A stretch of 64,000 nucleotides of DNA, taken from NCBI GenBank assembly GCA_038870975.1, contig JAVZJD010000001.1, positions 672,001 to 736,000 of the forward strand. The letters are read 5' to 3'. The stretch comes from Candidatus Bathyarchaeia archaeon (lineage in GTDB: Archaea > Thermoproteota > CALKCG01 > B24). Shown piece after piece: positions 46,645-56,048 of the stretch. A program made the position numbers and the translations under genes. The stretch's first letter is position 1. Each line of letters opens with the position of its first letter. A model generated the notes under the pieces. It was not told where the DNA came from. It ran no database searches and saw nothing but the letters and a program-made list of their open reading frames with translations.

Positions 46645-48182
46645 CCTCTAGAAATTCCTAGTGAAAAGGGTTTATACTCTACATCCGTACCTGTATAGAA
46701 CTTTGAAAACCACTCTACCCAGTGTAGCCTTAATGTATGGAGAAATGCAAGAAATTGCTCAAGACCAAGTATGAGGAATAACGTCCCAAGTACGAATGCT
46801 ATAAAACCAACTGGACTAGCTGGTAGGATGAGTTTGCTAAGAAGTCCATGAGCCATATTTAAGGCAACAATCCGCAAATAGGACACCGTATGGGATATTG
46901 ACGATAGGAATTGCTCCATGGATTCTGCTACACCCTCCGTACCATGAAGCACGATGTTGGAAACAGCCATGGCTCCAAGCGGTAAGAAGACAAAGGGGAT
47001 GATGATTTCAAGATTTAGAATCATTTTGAAAACCCCCCAACCATATGTAAATACTAGGTAACTACCGCTCCAGTACAACCAGATCCATAACAGGGGGCTT
47101 AAAGCCTCCTTGTACTCTCTGTTTAAGAGTTTATTAACGAGGTTTATAATCAATCCTAAGCTTATATGAAACGTCCCGATTAAAATAGCGTATTTAATCA
47201 TCATCATTGGGTGTTCTAAAGGTGAAAACCACAGTGGTTCGTGTAGTCCGGTGAGGGTAGCAAACCATTCATGGGACCCAAAAAGTTCCCCATATAAGAA
47301 ACCAAAGATTATCGATGTAATTGCACATGCGATTAATAGAGGAGCTCCTTTTAAAACATATCCTACAATTCCACCAGGTTCTTTAGGCATTCGGCGTCTT
47401 ATCCAGCTGAAGAGGATACCGAATAGAAGTATAAGGAGACCGTGGCCGACATCTCCAAACATCATACCAAAGATTAGGGGGAAGGTAAATGCAAAAATTA
47501 TCGTAGGGTCGATTTCCCTGCCATTTAACGGTTTATAAGCACTTATCAGCTTGTGAAAAGCCTCTAAAGCTTTTGGGTAAGTCGCAACAGCTGGTATACT
47601 TTCTCCAGTTTCGGGGAGGATTTTAATGTATCCCATGTGTCTCTCAATACAGGCAGAAACTTCTTTTACCTTTTCCTCTGGTACATATCCTTCAAACACA
47701 TATACGGTTTTTATTTTAGCCATAGATCCCTTCGCTTCCTCCATGGTTTTAACCGTGGTCAATGTGTTAAACATGGAAGATAGAATTTTCTCCTTTTCTT
47801 CGGCTATCTTGGCAAACTCTCTTTCATAGTCTTTACGTTCTAACTCTGTTCTCTCACCTCGAATATGCATTATGTAACTTTCTATTCTCTCCACTTCCTT
47901 CTCTACCTCATTTAAATACGCATTTAAATCTCCAGTGGGAATACTAACATCTTCATCTTTTACCTTTATTTTCAGAAATGTTATGATGGAGTTTAGTCGT
48001 GAAATTAAATTGTTTATTCTAAATAATGTATCTTTTGTTTCAACGTATTGTACGTCCTTAAGTGTTTTACGGGCGTCTGAAAAATGAAAGCATTTAAGCC
48101 TCCCCAATTCATAAAGAAGTTCATTCAGTTTATCGCCATAAACGTATACTCTTACAGCAACCATCTTCGTCGGTAGGAGCAT
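46641..48182 (-). CDS. atpI: A/V-type ATP synthase subunit I (a), short form
   Basis: EIDPT...FPLIFGMMFGDVGHG, YGELFG, SHTVSYLRIVAL (essential Arg), LRLHWVEWFSKFY. Confidence 0.93.
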   Translation of the reverse strand: MLLPTKMVAVRVYVYGDKLNELLYELGRLKCFHFSDARKTLKDVQYVETKDTLFRINNLISRLNSIITFLKIKVKDEDVSIPTGDLNAYLNEVEKEVERIESYIMHIRGERTELERKDYEREFAKIAEEKEKILSSMFNTLTTVKTMEEAKGSMAKIKTVYVFEGYVPEEKVKEVSACIERHMGYIKILPETGESIPAVATYPKALEAFHKLISAYKPLNGREIDPTIIFAFTFPLIFGMMFGDVGHGLLILLFGILFSWIRRRMPKEPGGIVGYVLKGAPLLIACAITSIIFGFLYGELFGSHEWFATLTGLHEPLWFSPLEHPMMMIKYAILIGTFHISLGLIINLVNKLLNREYKEALSPLLWIWLYWSGSYLVFTYGWGVFKMILNLEIIIPFVFLPLGAMAVSNIVLHGTEGVAESMEQFLSSISHTVSYLRIVALNMAHGLLSKLILPASPVGFIAFVLGTLFLILGLEQFLAFLHTLRLHWVEWFSKFYTGTDVEYKPFSLGISRG

Positions 48183-48183
48183 A

Positions 48184-48852
48184 CTATCCACCTTTGGGGG
48201 AAGGCCTTTCTCTATCTTGGAAGAGAATACGCGATACCTCTCTTATAAGGTCTTTCTTCATCCTTTTAATTCTCCCCTCAAAGGTATTGTCAAAAATAAC
48301 TGATTCATCTTTATTCGTAACCAAGGCTCCTCCTATAAAACTCATAGGTTTTAGAATAGTCTCAAACTTCGTCTTAACTCCAGTCTTCTCCTCTACCACT
48401 TTCGCTAGATTTTCAAAGTCAAGTTGACATGGCTTTGACAAAATCACCTTTAATTCCCCCCCTCCAATGGCTACGGCCGCCTCTAAAATCAATTTTTCCA
48501 AGATTTTCTCATACTCTGCTGAAGGTACCACCTTTTCCTTCAAAAACTCCATTACATTTTCAAAAACAGCTTCAATCAGTTTATTCTTCTCTTGAAGAAT
48601 CCTTAACCTATACGTAAGACGAGCTTTAGTTTCAGCTATACGTTTCATCATAATACTTTTGCTTTCAGCTTCTTGAACAATTCTTTCAGCTTCCTTTAAT
48701 GCTTTTATACGGGCCTCTTCTTTTGCAGCTTCAATTATTTTCATAGCCTCTTCTTCCGCTTTTTTAAGGATTTCCTGCGCCTCTTCCTCTCTCCGCATCC
48801 GTATTCTTTTTATGAAGTCTTCAAGTATAGTATCTTCATGTATAGTCTCCAT
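48184..48852 (-). CDS. atpE: A/V-type ATP synthase subunit E
   Basis: N-terminal coiled coil; IGGALV...FDNTFEGRI...SRILF. Confidence 0.9.
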   Translation of the reverse strand: METIHEDTILEDFIKRIRMRREEEAQEILKKAEEEAMKIIEAAKEEARIKALKEAERIVQEAESKSIMMKRIAETKARLTYRLRILQEKNKLIEAVFENVMEFLKEKVVPSAEYEKILEKLILEAAVAIGGGELKVILSKPCQLDFENLAKVVEEKTGVKTKFETILKPMSFIGGALVTNKDESVIFDNTFEGRIKRMKKDLIREVSRILFQDRERPSPKGG

Positions 48853-48856
48853 AAAA

Positions 48857-49174
48857 CTATTCAACCTCCAAAACTCTCTTAACTATAAAGCTTACTGCTT
48901 CCTGGGTTTTCGCTCTAGCGGTCTTCCTCAGCTTCTCAGCTTCCTCTTCAACAGTCCCCCTCATAATTCTTTCAGCCTCTTTCTCAGCCATTGCCAATAT
49001 TTCCCTTGCTTTCCTTTCAGCCTCCTCTAGGATACTTTTTCGAAGAGCATCAGCCTCCTTATCAGCTCTTAGAGAAGCTTCAGCAATCACAAGCTGAGCT
49101 TTCTTCTTTGCATCCTCAACAATTCTTTCCGCCTCCTCTTCAGCCTTCCGTATAATGTCAAATTCCTCATCCAC
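48857..49174 (-). CDS. atpH: A/V-type ATP synthase subunit H/G (peripheral stalk)
   Basis: IRKAEEEAERIVEDAKKKA A/E/K-rich coiled coil ending AVSFIVKRVL; upstream of atpE. Confidence 0.8.
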   Translation of the reverse strand: MDEEFDIIRKAEEEAERIVEDAKKKAQLVIAEASLRADKEADALRKSILEEAERKAREILAMAEKEAERIMRGTVEEEAEKLRKTARAKTQEAVSFIVKRVLEVE

Positions 49175-49428
49175 TTATGGTCAACCGATTTATTTTTCTT
49201 AAAAATCTTTTAAAGTTTTTGTTCGGTCTTTCGACTTTTAAAGTCATTCCGCAGTAACGTCTCTCTATTGGATTCTGTGAGTTTAAAGTTGCATTGTGTA
49301 GAAGTTATTTTAGTAGCCGTCCTTACGTTTTCGCCATCTTTTCATGTACAGATTTGAACATTTGTTGCATCAGCGTGAAGTTAAGCCTATATACGACTAG
49401 TCACTCATATTTACGCTGACGTGATGGT

Positions 49429-51204
49429 ATGCCAGTAAGAGGCACGATATCTAGAATAGTCGGGCCTTTCGTTATGGCTAAAAATACTACAGGATTACAT
49501 ATGTACGAGCTTGTAAGAGTTGGAGAGGAAGGGGTCATAGGTGAAGTCATAGGACTCAGTGGAAACAATGCGTTTATACAGGTTTATGAAGAGACTATTG
49601 GCTTAAGACCGGGGGAGCCAGTCGAGGGAACGGGGAAACCGCTCTCCGTAGAACTAGGCCCAGGTTTAATTGGACATATATTCGATGGTATTCAAAGGCC
49701 TCTACACGTCATCCAAGACATGGTAGGCTTCTTCATAAGAAGGGGATTAACTCCTAATGCACTTGATAGAAGCAGAAAGTGGTTTTTCCAACCCGTTGCC
49801 AAGGTTGGGTCCAAGATTCCAGAGAGTATACTCGGGTTAATAGATGAAACCCCTGCTTGTAAACATAAGGTCCTCGCACCACCGAGTATTGAAGGCACTA
49901 TAGAATATATAGCTTCTGAAGGCGAGTATACAGTTGAAGATACTATAGCTGAGGTCAGAGCCGGGGGAGAGAAAATAGGTTTAAAGCTTATGCATACATG
50001 GCCAGTGAGAAAACCTAGACCATATAAGTCCAAACTTCCTCCCAACATACCTTTAACAACTGGGCAAAGAGTTATAGACGCTTTCTTCCCTATGGCTAAA
50101 GGTGGAACCGCTGCAGTTCCAGGAGGTTTCGGAACTGGGAAAACCGTGTTACAACACACTCTAGCTAAGTATGCCGATGCCGACATAGCTATATTCGTCG
50201 GCTGTGGTGAAAGAGGAAATGAAATGGCTGGGCTTATCGATGAAATATCTAAATTGAAGATTCCTGGGACGGACTACCCACTATTGGACAGAACGATACT
50301 GATAGTTAACACATCTAACATGCCTATTGCCGCTAGAGAAGCAAGTATTTACACTGGAATAACGATAGCTGAGTATTATAGAGATATGGGGTATGATGTA
50401 ATACTGATGGCCGACTCCACCTCCAGATGGGCTGAAGCTTTAAGAGAAATATGCGGTAGGCTTGAAGAGATGCCCGGTGAAGAAGGGTATCCTGCCTACT
50501 TAACTACGAGGCTTGCCGAGTTCTACTCTAGAGCTGGTAGAGTAGTGACTTTAACCGAAGAAGAAGGGTCTGTAGCAGTAGTTGGAGCGGTGTCACCTCC
50601 AGGAGCGGATTTCTCAGAGCCTGTAACTCAGAGCACACTTAGACTTACTAAGGTTTTTTGGGCTTTAGATTTTAACTTGGCGCATAGAAGACATTTCCCT
50701 GCTATAAATTGGTTAACAAGCTATTCTATGTATTTTGATTCGATGAGAGACTGGTATGAGAAAAATGTAGCTCAAGACTGGTCTCTTATCCGTACCGAGG
50801 CTATGAACCTCTTAAGGGAAGAGGAAGAGCTTAGAGAACTTGTCGCCTTACTAGGTCCGGAAGTTTTAACGGAAACTCAGCGTTTAACGCTTGAGATTGC
50901 TAGAATAATTAAGGAAAGCTTCCTTAGACAGAGTGCCTTTCACCCGATAGATGTATACTGCCCATTAGATAAAACATATCAAATGCTTAACTTAATATTT
51001 AAGTTGAGAGATAAAATGAGAGATGCAATTAATAAGGGTATTCCCTTGGCAGAACTGCTATCGTTACCCGTTGTGGAGATTATTTCAAGGATGAAAATAG
51101 TCGACTATGAAGAGTTTAGGAAAACAATTCCAACTATAAACCGAAGTATAGATGAACAAATAGATAAGCTTATTGAAAAATCCGCAAAAGGCGGGGGTTC
51201 TTAA
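49429..51204 (+). CDS. atpA: A/V-type ATP synthase catalytic subunit A
   Basis: GGFGTGKT, GCGERGNEM, MADSTSRWAEALRE, EEGYPAYL, VSPPGADFSEPVT; no intein. Confidence 0.97.
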   Translation: MPVRGTISRIVGPFVMAKNTTGLHMYELVRVGEEGVIGEVIGLSGNNAFIQVYEETIGLRPGEPVEGTGKPLSVELGPGLIGHIFDGIQRPLHVIQDMVGFFIRRGLTPNALDRSRKWFFQPVAKVGSKIPESILGLIDETPACKHKVLAPPSIEGTIEYIASEGEYTVEDTIAEVRAGGEKIGLKLMHTWPVRKPRPYKSKLPPNIPLTTGQRVIDAFFPMAKGGTAAVPGGFGTGKTVLQHTLAKYADADIAIFVGCGERGNEMAGLIDEISKLKIPGTDYPLLDRTILIVNTSNMPIAAREASIYTGITIAEYYRDMGYDVILMADSTSRWAEALREICGRLEEMPGEEGYPAYLTTRLAEFYSRAGRVVTLTEEEGSVAVVGAVSPPGADFSEPVTQSTLRLTKVFWALDFNLAHRRHFPAINWLTSYSMYFDSMRDWYEKNVAQDWSLIRTEAMNLLREEEELRELVALLGPEVLTETQRLTLEIARIIKESFLRQSAFHPIDVYCPLDKTYQMLNLIFKLRDKMRDAINKGIPLAELLSLPVVEIISRMKIVDYEEFRKTIPTINRSIDEQIDKLIEKSAKGGGS

Positions 51205-52605
51205 TTGGCTTTCAAATTTGTCCATAGTGGGTTAATTCTTTCAACAGTTAAGGAAATTAAAGGTCCACTTCTATTCGTCGAAGCCAAGAACGTGAGTTAC
51301 GGTGAGCTTGTAGAAATTACAACTCATACTGGTGAAGAGAGGCTTGGTCAAGTAATCGAAGTAGCAGAAAATATAGCTATTATTCAAGTCTTCGAAGGAA
51401 CATCCGACCTAGAAATTCGGAAGACAAAAACTAGATTCACAGGTGAACCGATTAAACTTGGTGTTTCAATGGACTTATTGGGTAGGATTTTCAACGGTAG
51501 AGGTGAAGCCATAGACGGTGGACCCAATCCTATACCTGAGTATGAATTAGATGTTCATGGTATACCAATAAATCCATTTTCAAGAGCCCATCCATCTGAA
51601 TTCATTCAGACAGGAATATCTGTTATAGATGGTATGAACACGCTCGTCAGAGGCCAGAAGCTTCCAATATTTTCGGGTGCTGGCCTTCCTCACATGCTCT
51701 TGGTTTCTCAGATAGTAAGACAAGCCAAGGTTCGGGGTGAAGAAGAAGAGTTTATAGTGGTCTTTGGAGCCATGGGTGTGACGGCTGATGAAGCTAGATG
51801 GTTTAGGGAAGATTTTGAAAATATGGGTGTTATGGATCGAACCATAATGTTCATAAACCTAGCTGAAGACCCAGCTATTGAAAGGCTCTTAACGCCTAGG
51901 CTTGCTCTTACAGCAGCTGAGTATTTTGCTTTCGAACATGATATGCATGTGCTGGTTGTGCTTAGCGATATGACATACTACGCTGAGGCGTTGAGAGAAG
52001 TTTCAGCAGCTAGGGAAGAAGTTCCAGGTAGAAGAGGGTATCCCGGATACATGTATACGGATCTGGCATCCATATATGAAAGAGCTGGTAGAATCCGAGG
52101 TCGTAAGGGCTCTGTAACTCAGATACCCGTTTTAACGATGCCGGAAGACGATATAACACATCCAGTACCAGACTTAACAGGTTATATTACTGAAGGGCAG
52201 TTAATCATGGATAGAGACATGTACCGGCGTGGAATATATCCACCAGTAAATCCTCTTCCATCCCTCTCGAGACTTATGGACGCGGGCATAGGTTCAGGTA
52301 AGACTAGAAAAGACCACAAGCAGCTCTCAGATCAACTTTACTACTGTTACGCCGAAGGTAGAGCTATGAGAGAGGCCGCCATGATTTCAGGTGAAGCTGG
52401 TTTATCTGAAAGAGATAAACTATACTACACTTTCGCAGAGGAGTTTGAAAGGAAGTTTATAAACCAAGGTGTTTACGAAGACAGAGACATTGAGAAGACG
52501 TTGGATATTGGTTGGGAGCTTCTTTCAATATTTCCTGAATCGGAGCTCGTTAGAATAGACCCGTCCATTATAAAGGAGTATCATCCAAAGTACAGGAGGA
52601 GTTAA
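51205..52605 (+). CDS. atpB: A/V-type ATP synthase subunit B
   Basis: [49 protein letters not shown]. Confidence 0.97.
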   Translation: MAFKFVHSGLILSTVKEIKGPLLFVEAKNVSYGELVEITTHTGEERLGQVIEVAENIAIIQVFEGTSDLEIRKTKTRFTGEPIKLGVSMDLLGRIFNGRGEAIDGGPNPIPEYELDVHGIPINPFSRAHPSEFIQTGISVIDGMNTLVRGQKLPIFSGAGLPHMLLVSQIVRQAKVRGEEEEFIVVFGAMGVTADEARWFREDFENMGVMDRTIMFINLAEDPAIERLLTPRLALTAAEYFAFEHDMHVLVVLSDMTYYAEALREVSAAREEVPGRRGYPGYMYTDLASIYERAGRIRGRKGSVTQIPVLTMPEDDITHPVPDLTGYITEGQLIMDRDMYRRGIYPPVNPLPSLSRLMDAGIGSGKTRKDHKQLSDQLYYCYAEGRAMREAAMISGEAGLSERDKLYYTFAEEFERKFINQGVYEDRDIEKTLDIGWELLSIFPESELVRIDPSIIKEYHPKYRRS

Positions 52606-52606
52606 A

Positions 52607-53278
52607 ACGTCTGTTGAACTAGCATCTGTTCCAATAACTAGGGAAGGGCTTTTAACGCTTCATAGGAGAAAGAGTTTAGCATTAGCTGTATTGGATTTAT
52701 TGAATAGAGATTTAGAAGTTTTGGTGAAGGAGTTCTTTCGTTTAATCAAAGAAGTGGAAGCTGCCAGATGGAGGTTGTACGAAAACCTACGTGAAACCTA
52801 TAGGCGTTATGCTGAGGCTGAAATGGTTTTAGGTGCTAGAAGAGTAAGGCTATTGGCCTTAACAAATGTAGAAGAAGATGTGTTAAAAATTAAGGTGAGG
52901 GAAAAAAGGATGGTTGGAGTTCGTCTTCTCAATGTTTTAATACCGTCTGTAGAGTCTGTAGAGAAACCAACAGCTCTACTAAATTACAATCTATTAGATA
53001 CGTCTGCTGTGGTGGAGGATATGGTAAATCAAGTAAGAGAATCTCTTAGAATCATTGTCAGAGTTATTGAAGCCGAAGCGACTCTTGATGCAATAGCACA
53101 AGCCATGGGGATTACTAAGAGGAGAATTAACATCATACAGTATAGGATCATACCCAGTATAGATAGAATGATACGGTATATAGAATCTATTTTAGAAGAG
53201 AGGGCTAGGGAAGACGCTATAAGAATAAGGATTTTACAGAGAAAAAGGAAAGTTCGCTCGGCTGTTACAGCATCGTAA
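52607..53278 (+). CDS. atpD: A/V-type ATP synthase subunit D
   Basis: TKRRINII...IP, LEERARED..R; the conserved N-terminus (P.TREGLL.L.RR..LA...DLL) lies upstream of TTG 52691, starting at SD-preceded ACG 52607. Confidence 0.9.
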   Translation, partial: TSVELASVPITREGLLTLHRRKSLALAVLDLLNRDLEVLVKEFFRLIKEVEAARWRLYENLRETYRRYAEAEMVLGARRVRLLALTNVEEDVLKIKVREKRMVGVRLLNVLIPSVESVEKPTALLNYNLLDTSAVVEDMVNQVRESLRIIVRVIEAEATLDAIAQAMGITKRRINIIQYRIIPSIDRMIRYIESILEERAREDAIRIRILQRKRKVRSAVTAS

Positions 53279-53606
53279 GCATCATGAGGGCTATTATTAA
53301 GGCGTATATGGCAATAGCTTCTATGAATACGATGTAGATAAGTGTAGAAGAGGCTATTTCTGGTTTTTCTGCCACGGCACCTATGGCTGCTGATGCTGCA
53401 CGTGAGAGGGCCATTGCGACAAGACTAAGCACTACGGCGACCATTATACTTATGACAAGAAAAGCCACATTTCTTTCGCTAAATACCTTGTCAAGTACAT
53501 CGCCAATTGTAGAGTCATTTGTCTCAGCTCCCATAGTTGCAACTGGTAGAATCACCATTATGAGTACTGCAATTGCTAAAACCGTTTTCTTAGCCAGGGA
53601 TGTCAT
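53265..53606 (-). CDS. atpK: A/V-type ATP synthase proteolipid subunit K (c) with signal-like N-terminus
   Basis: AAIGAVAEKPE loop and FIEAIAIYALII with conserved Glu. Confidence 0.9.
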   Translation of the reverse strand: MTSLAKKTVLAIAVLIMVILPVATMGAETNDSTIGDVLDKVFSERNVAFLVISIMVAVVLSLVAMALSRAASAAIGAVAEKPEIASSTLIYIVFIEAIAIYALIIALMMLTML

Positions 53607-53855
53607 AGTGAATAATTTTTCAAGTCGTTGCTTATATAAATTTCTTTCTCCACGTCCTTTTAATTACGGGTTCTACTGTTATGATGACTACTTCTAACAG
53701 CACTCGAGGCTCATGGATTTATTATTTGGTTAGAAATTTTATTGAATTGTAAAGTGCCTTGTTGACGGGTGCTCTTCTAAAACTCTATCTAGATTTTTAT
53801 GATGTTTTTAACGACGGAAACTTTATAATCTAGCTTAATATCTCTATCAGCCTAG

Positions 53856-54182
53856 TTGAGCAGTATAGCTGTTATTGCAGATAAGGATACTGCCTCTCTC
53901 TTTAAACTTGCAGGGTTGAAGTTCAGCTTAACCGCTAACTCTCCTGATGAAGCCGAAAAAGCTTTAAAAATGCTTATGGAAAAAGGTTTTAAAGCAGTAG
54001 TTATTACAAAGAATTTAGCTCAACAAATGCAACAAACGATATTCAGCCTTAAGAGAGGACGGAAATACCCGATTATAATAACCATACCTGGTGTAGGTGA
54101 GCCGATAGAGAAAGAAGTGGTTACAATACATGAATATTTGAAGAGGTCTCTAGGTATCGAATTAAAAACAGAAGAGCGTTAA
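53856..54182 (+). CDS. atpF: A/V-type ATP synthase subunit F
   Basis: IAVIADKDT..LFKLAG, PIIITIP, LKRSLGIEL. Confidence 0.9.
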   Translation: MSSIAVIADKDTASLFKLAGLKFSLTANSPDEAEKALKMLMEKGFKAVVITKNLAQQMQQTIFSLKRGRKYPIIITIPGVGEPIEKEVVTIHEYLKRSLGIELKTEER

Positions 54183-54513
54183 GATATTGAGTTGAGTAAG
54201 CATACGTGATTTCCTCCATTAACCTTCCCTCTCACCATTTCATGGAGAGATTTCGAAGCGTGGCCATGCCTTTTACATATAGAGGTTTTAACGTATATAA
54301 CGCAGTAACCATTATCGTAAAATCACGCTTTCACGCGCTATCAGCCTGTCTTCGTATCTTCGTAGGATGGTGCACTTCTTAAGTATATAAATCTTTGAAA
54401 ATTTCAACGTTTTCTTTTGCCATTGAGCATTGTGTCCTCCCCTTCAATAGATTCGATGAAGCATAAATGCAACATATAAATAGGCTCTGTTAATTATCTA
54501 TTGATGATCCCTA

Positions 54514-55530
54514 TTGAAAGCCGCTTTTATAGATAAGCCACGTAGTTTAAATATTGTAGATAGGGATATTCCGTCGGTCAAGCCTAGAGAAGCCATCGTA
54601 AAGGTTCATGCATGTGGTGTCTGCGGTACGGATATTCACATTTATGAAGGTGTTATGCCTTGGGCTAGGCTTCCATTAATTCCAGGTCATGAGTTTTCCG
54701 GTGTTGTCGTAGATGTTGGTGAAAACGTAGATATTATATCCATCGGCGACGTTGTTGCAGTAGATCCAAATATTACGTGTGGTTTATGTCGCTATTGTAG
54801 GAGTGGTAGACGAAACCTATGTTCTAAGGTTGAGTCTATAGGAGTTACTAGAGACGGCGGCTTTGCCGAGTATGTAGTAGCTCCAGTATCGCAATTGTAC
54901 AAAATTCCGAGTGGATTAAGTCTAGATGAAGCTGCTTTTACAGAACCTGTGGCCTGTTGCTTACATGGTATTTCGAGACTATCAATTAAACCAGGTGAAG
55001 ACGTTTTAATAGTTGGAGCAGGCCCAATAGGTCTCATACATCTTCAATTGGCTAAGAGAGCTGGAGCTAGGAGCGTAATAGTTGTTGAAGTTAACGATAT
55101 GAGGCTTAAACTTGCGGGAAAACTTGGAGCTGATTTAACGGTAAATCCGTCTAAAGAGGACGTTGTAAAAGCCGTCAACGGCTTTCTTAGGGGTAAAGCT
55201 GTTGAAGCAGCTATAGATGCTGCTGGTGGCTCTACGCCACTTACATTAGCTTTGAAATGTTTAGAACCTGGTGGGCGTTTACTGGTCTTCGGCGTAGCTT
55301 CTGAAGACGACATATGGCCTATCAAGCCATATGAAATCTATAAGTTTGAGCTTACAATCGTAGGGAGCTTCATCAACCCATATGAAATGGAAGCTGCGTT
55401 AAACCTATTGGCATCAGGCGCTGTGAACGTTAAACCCTTGATAAGCCACATAATAAGCCTGAGAGACCTTGAGAAGGCCCTTAAACGCGAAATACCGAAT
55501 ACAATAAAGGTTTTGGTTAAGCCTCAGTAG
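54514..55530 (+). CDS. Zn-dependent alcohol/polyol dehydrogenase (MDR family)
   Basis: CGVCGTD, GHEFSG, CGLCRYC...C, GAGPIG. Confidence 0.92.
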   Translation: MKAAFIDKPRSLNIVDRDIPSVKPREAIVKVHACGVCGTDIHIYEGVMPWARLPLIPGHEFSGVVVDVGENVDIISIGDVVAVDPNITCGLCRYCRSGRRNLCSKVESIGVTRDGGFAEYVVAPVSQLYKIPSGLSLDEAAFTEPVACCLHGISRLSIKPGEDVLIVGAGPIGLIHLQLAKRAGARSVIVVEVNDMRLKLAGKLGADLTVNPSKEDVVKAVNGFLRGKAVEAAIDAAGGSTPLTLALKCLEPGGRLLVFGVASEDDIWPIKPYEIYKFELTIVGSFINPYEMEAALNLLASGAVNVKPLISHIISLRDLEKALKREIPNTIKVLVKPQ

Positions 55531-55542
55531 TCCTGCCTCATA

Positions 55543-56007
55543 TCATAACTCTCTATTGCTCTCTTCTTCGACCTTTATTTTCCTCACAACTTTTATGTCT
55601 ACTATCCTTGTGGAAGGATATTGTCCATGTTCATCTTTCTCAAACTGTTTACACATGTCGAAAACAGTGAGTAGTGCTGTTGTAACACCTACGAGTGCCT
55701 CAAGTTCAACCCCAGTTTTAGCTATAGCTTTAACGGTTACTGACGCTTCAACTCCTCCCTCAACTATGTTTAGTTTAACGTCTATCGACGTTATTGGAGC
55801 TATTTGGTGAGCTAACAATATTAAATCTGGCGTCTTCTTAACAGCGTTGATGGCTGCGAGTTGAGCAACTGTTATCACATCTCCCTTCGGTATCTTCCCA
55901 TCTTTAATAGCTGCTATGGTTTCGGGTCTAAGCATGATCAGCCCCCGTGCCTCAGCCTCTCTATAGACCTCTTTTTTACCAGTTATATCCACCATTTCAA
56001 CGCCCAT
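55543..56007 (-). CDS. moaC: Cyclic pyranopterin monophosphate synthase
   Basis: MVDITGK...REA, KGDV..VA.LA.I.AVKKT.DLI.LAH, KTGVELEAL, DMCK. Confidence 0.93.
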   Translation of the reverse strand: MGVEMVDITGKKEVYREAEARGLIMLRPETIAAIKDGKIPKGDVITVAQLAAINAVKKTPDLILLAHQIAPITSIDVKLNIVEGGVEASVTVKAIAKTGVELEALVGVTTALLTVFDMCKQFEKDEHGQYPSTRIVDIKVVRKIKVEEESNREL

Positions 56008-56048
56008 GCTATTAACTCTAAACTTAAAACCGTCTAATTTATATTTAC

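Noticed and set aside
48600-49150. Repetitive GCT/TCT/TTC-rich DNA
   Set aside because: Explained by the A/E/K coiled coils of ATPase subunits E and H
53681-53720. ATGATGA box C-like word suggesting a C/D sRNA
   Set aside because: No properly spaced CTGA box D; lies in a divergent promoter region
54183-54513. 330-bp intergenic region with small hairpins
   Set aside because: Only short isolated stems and no coherent fold or ORF that I can support
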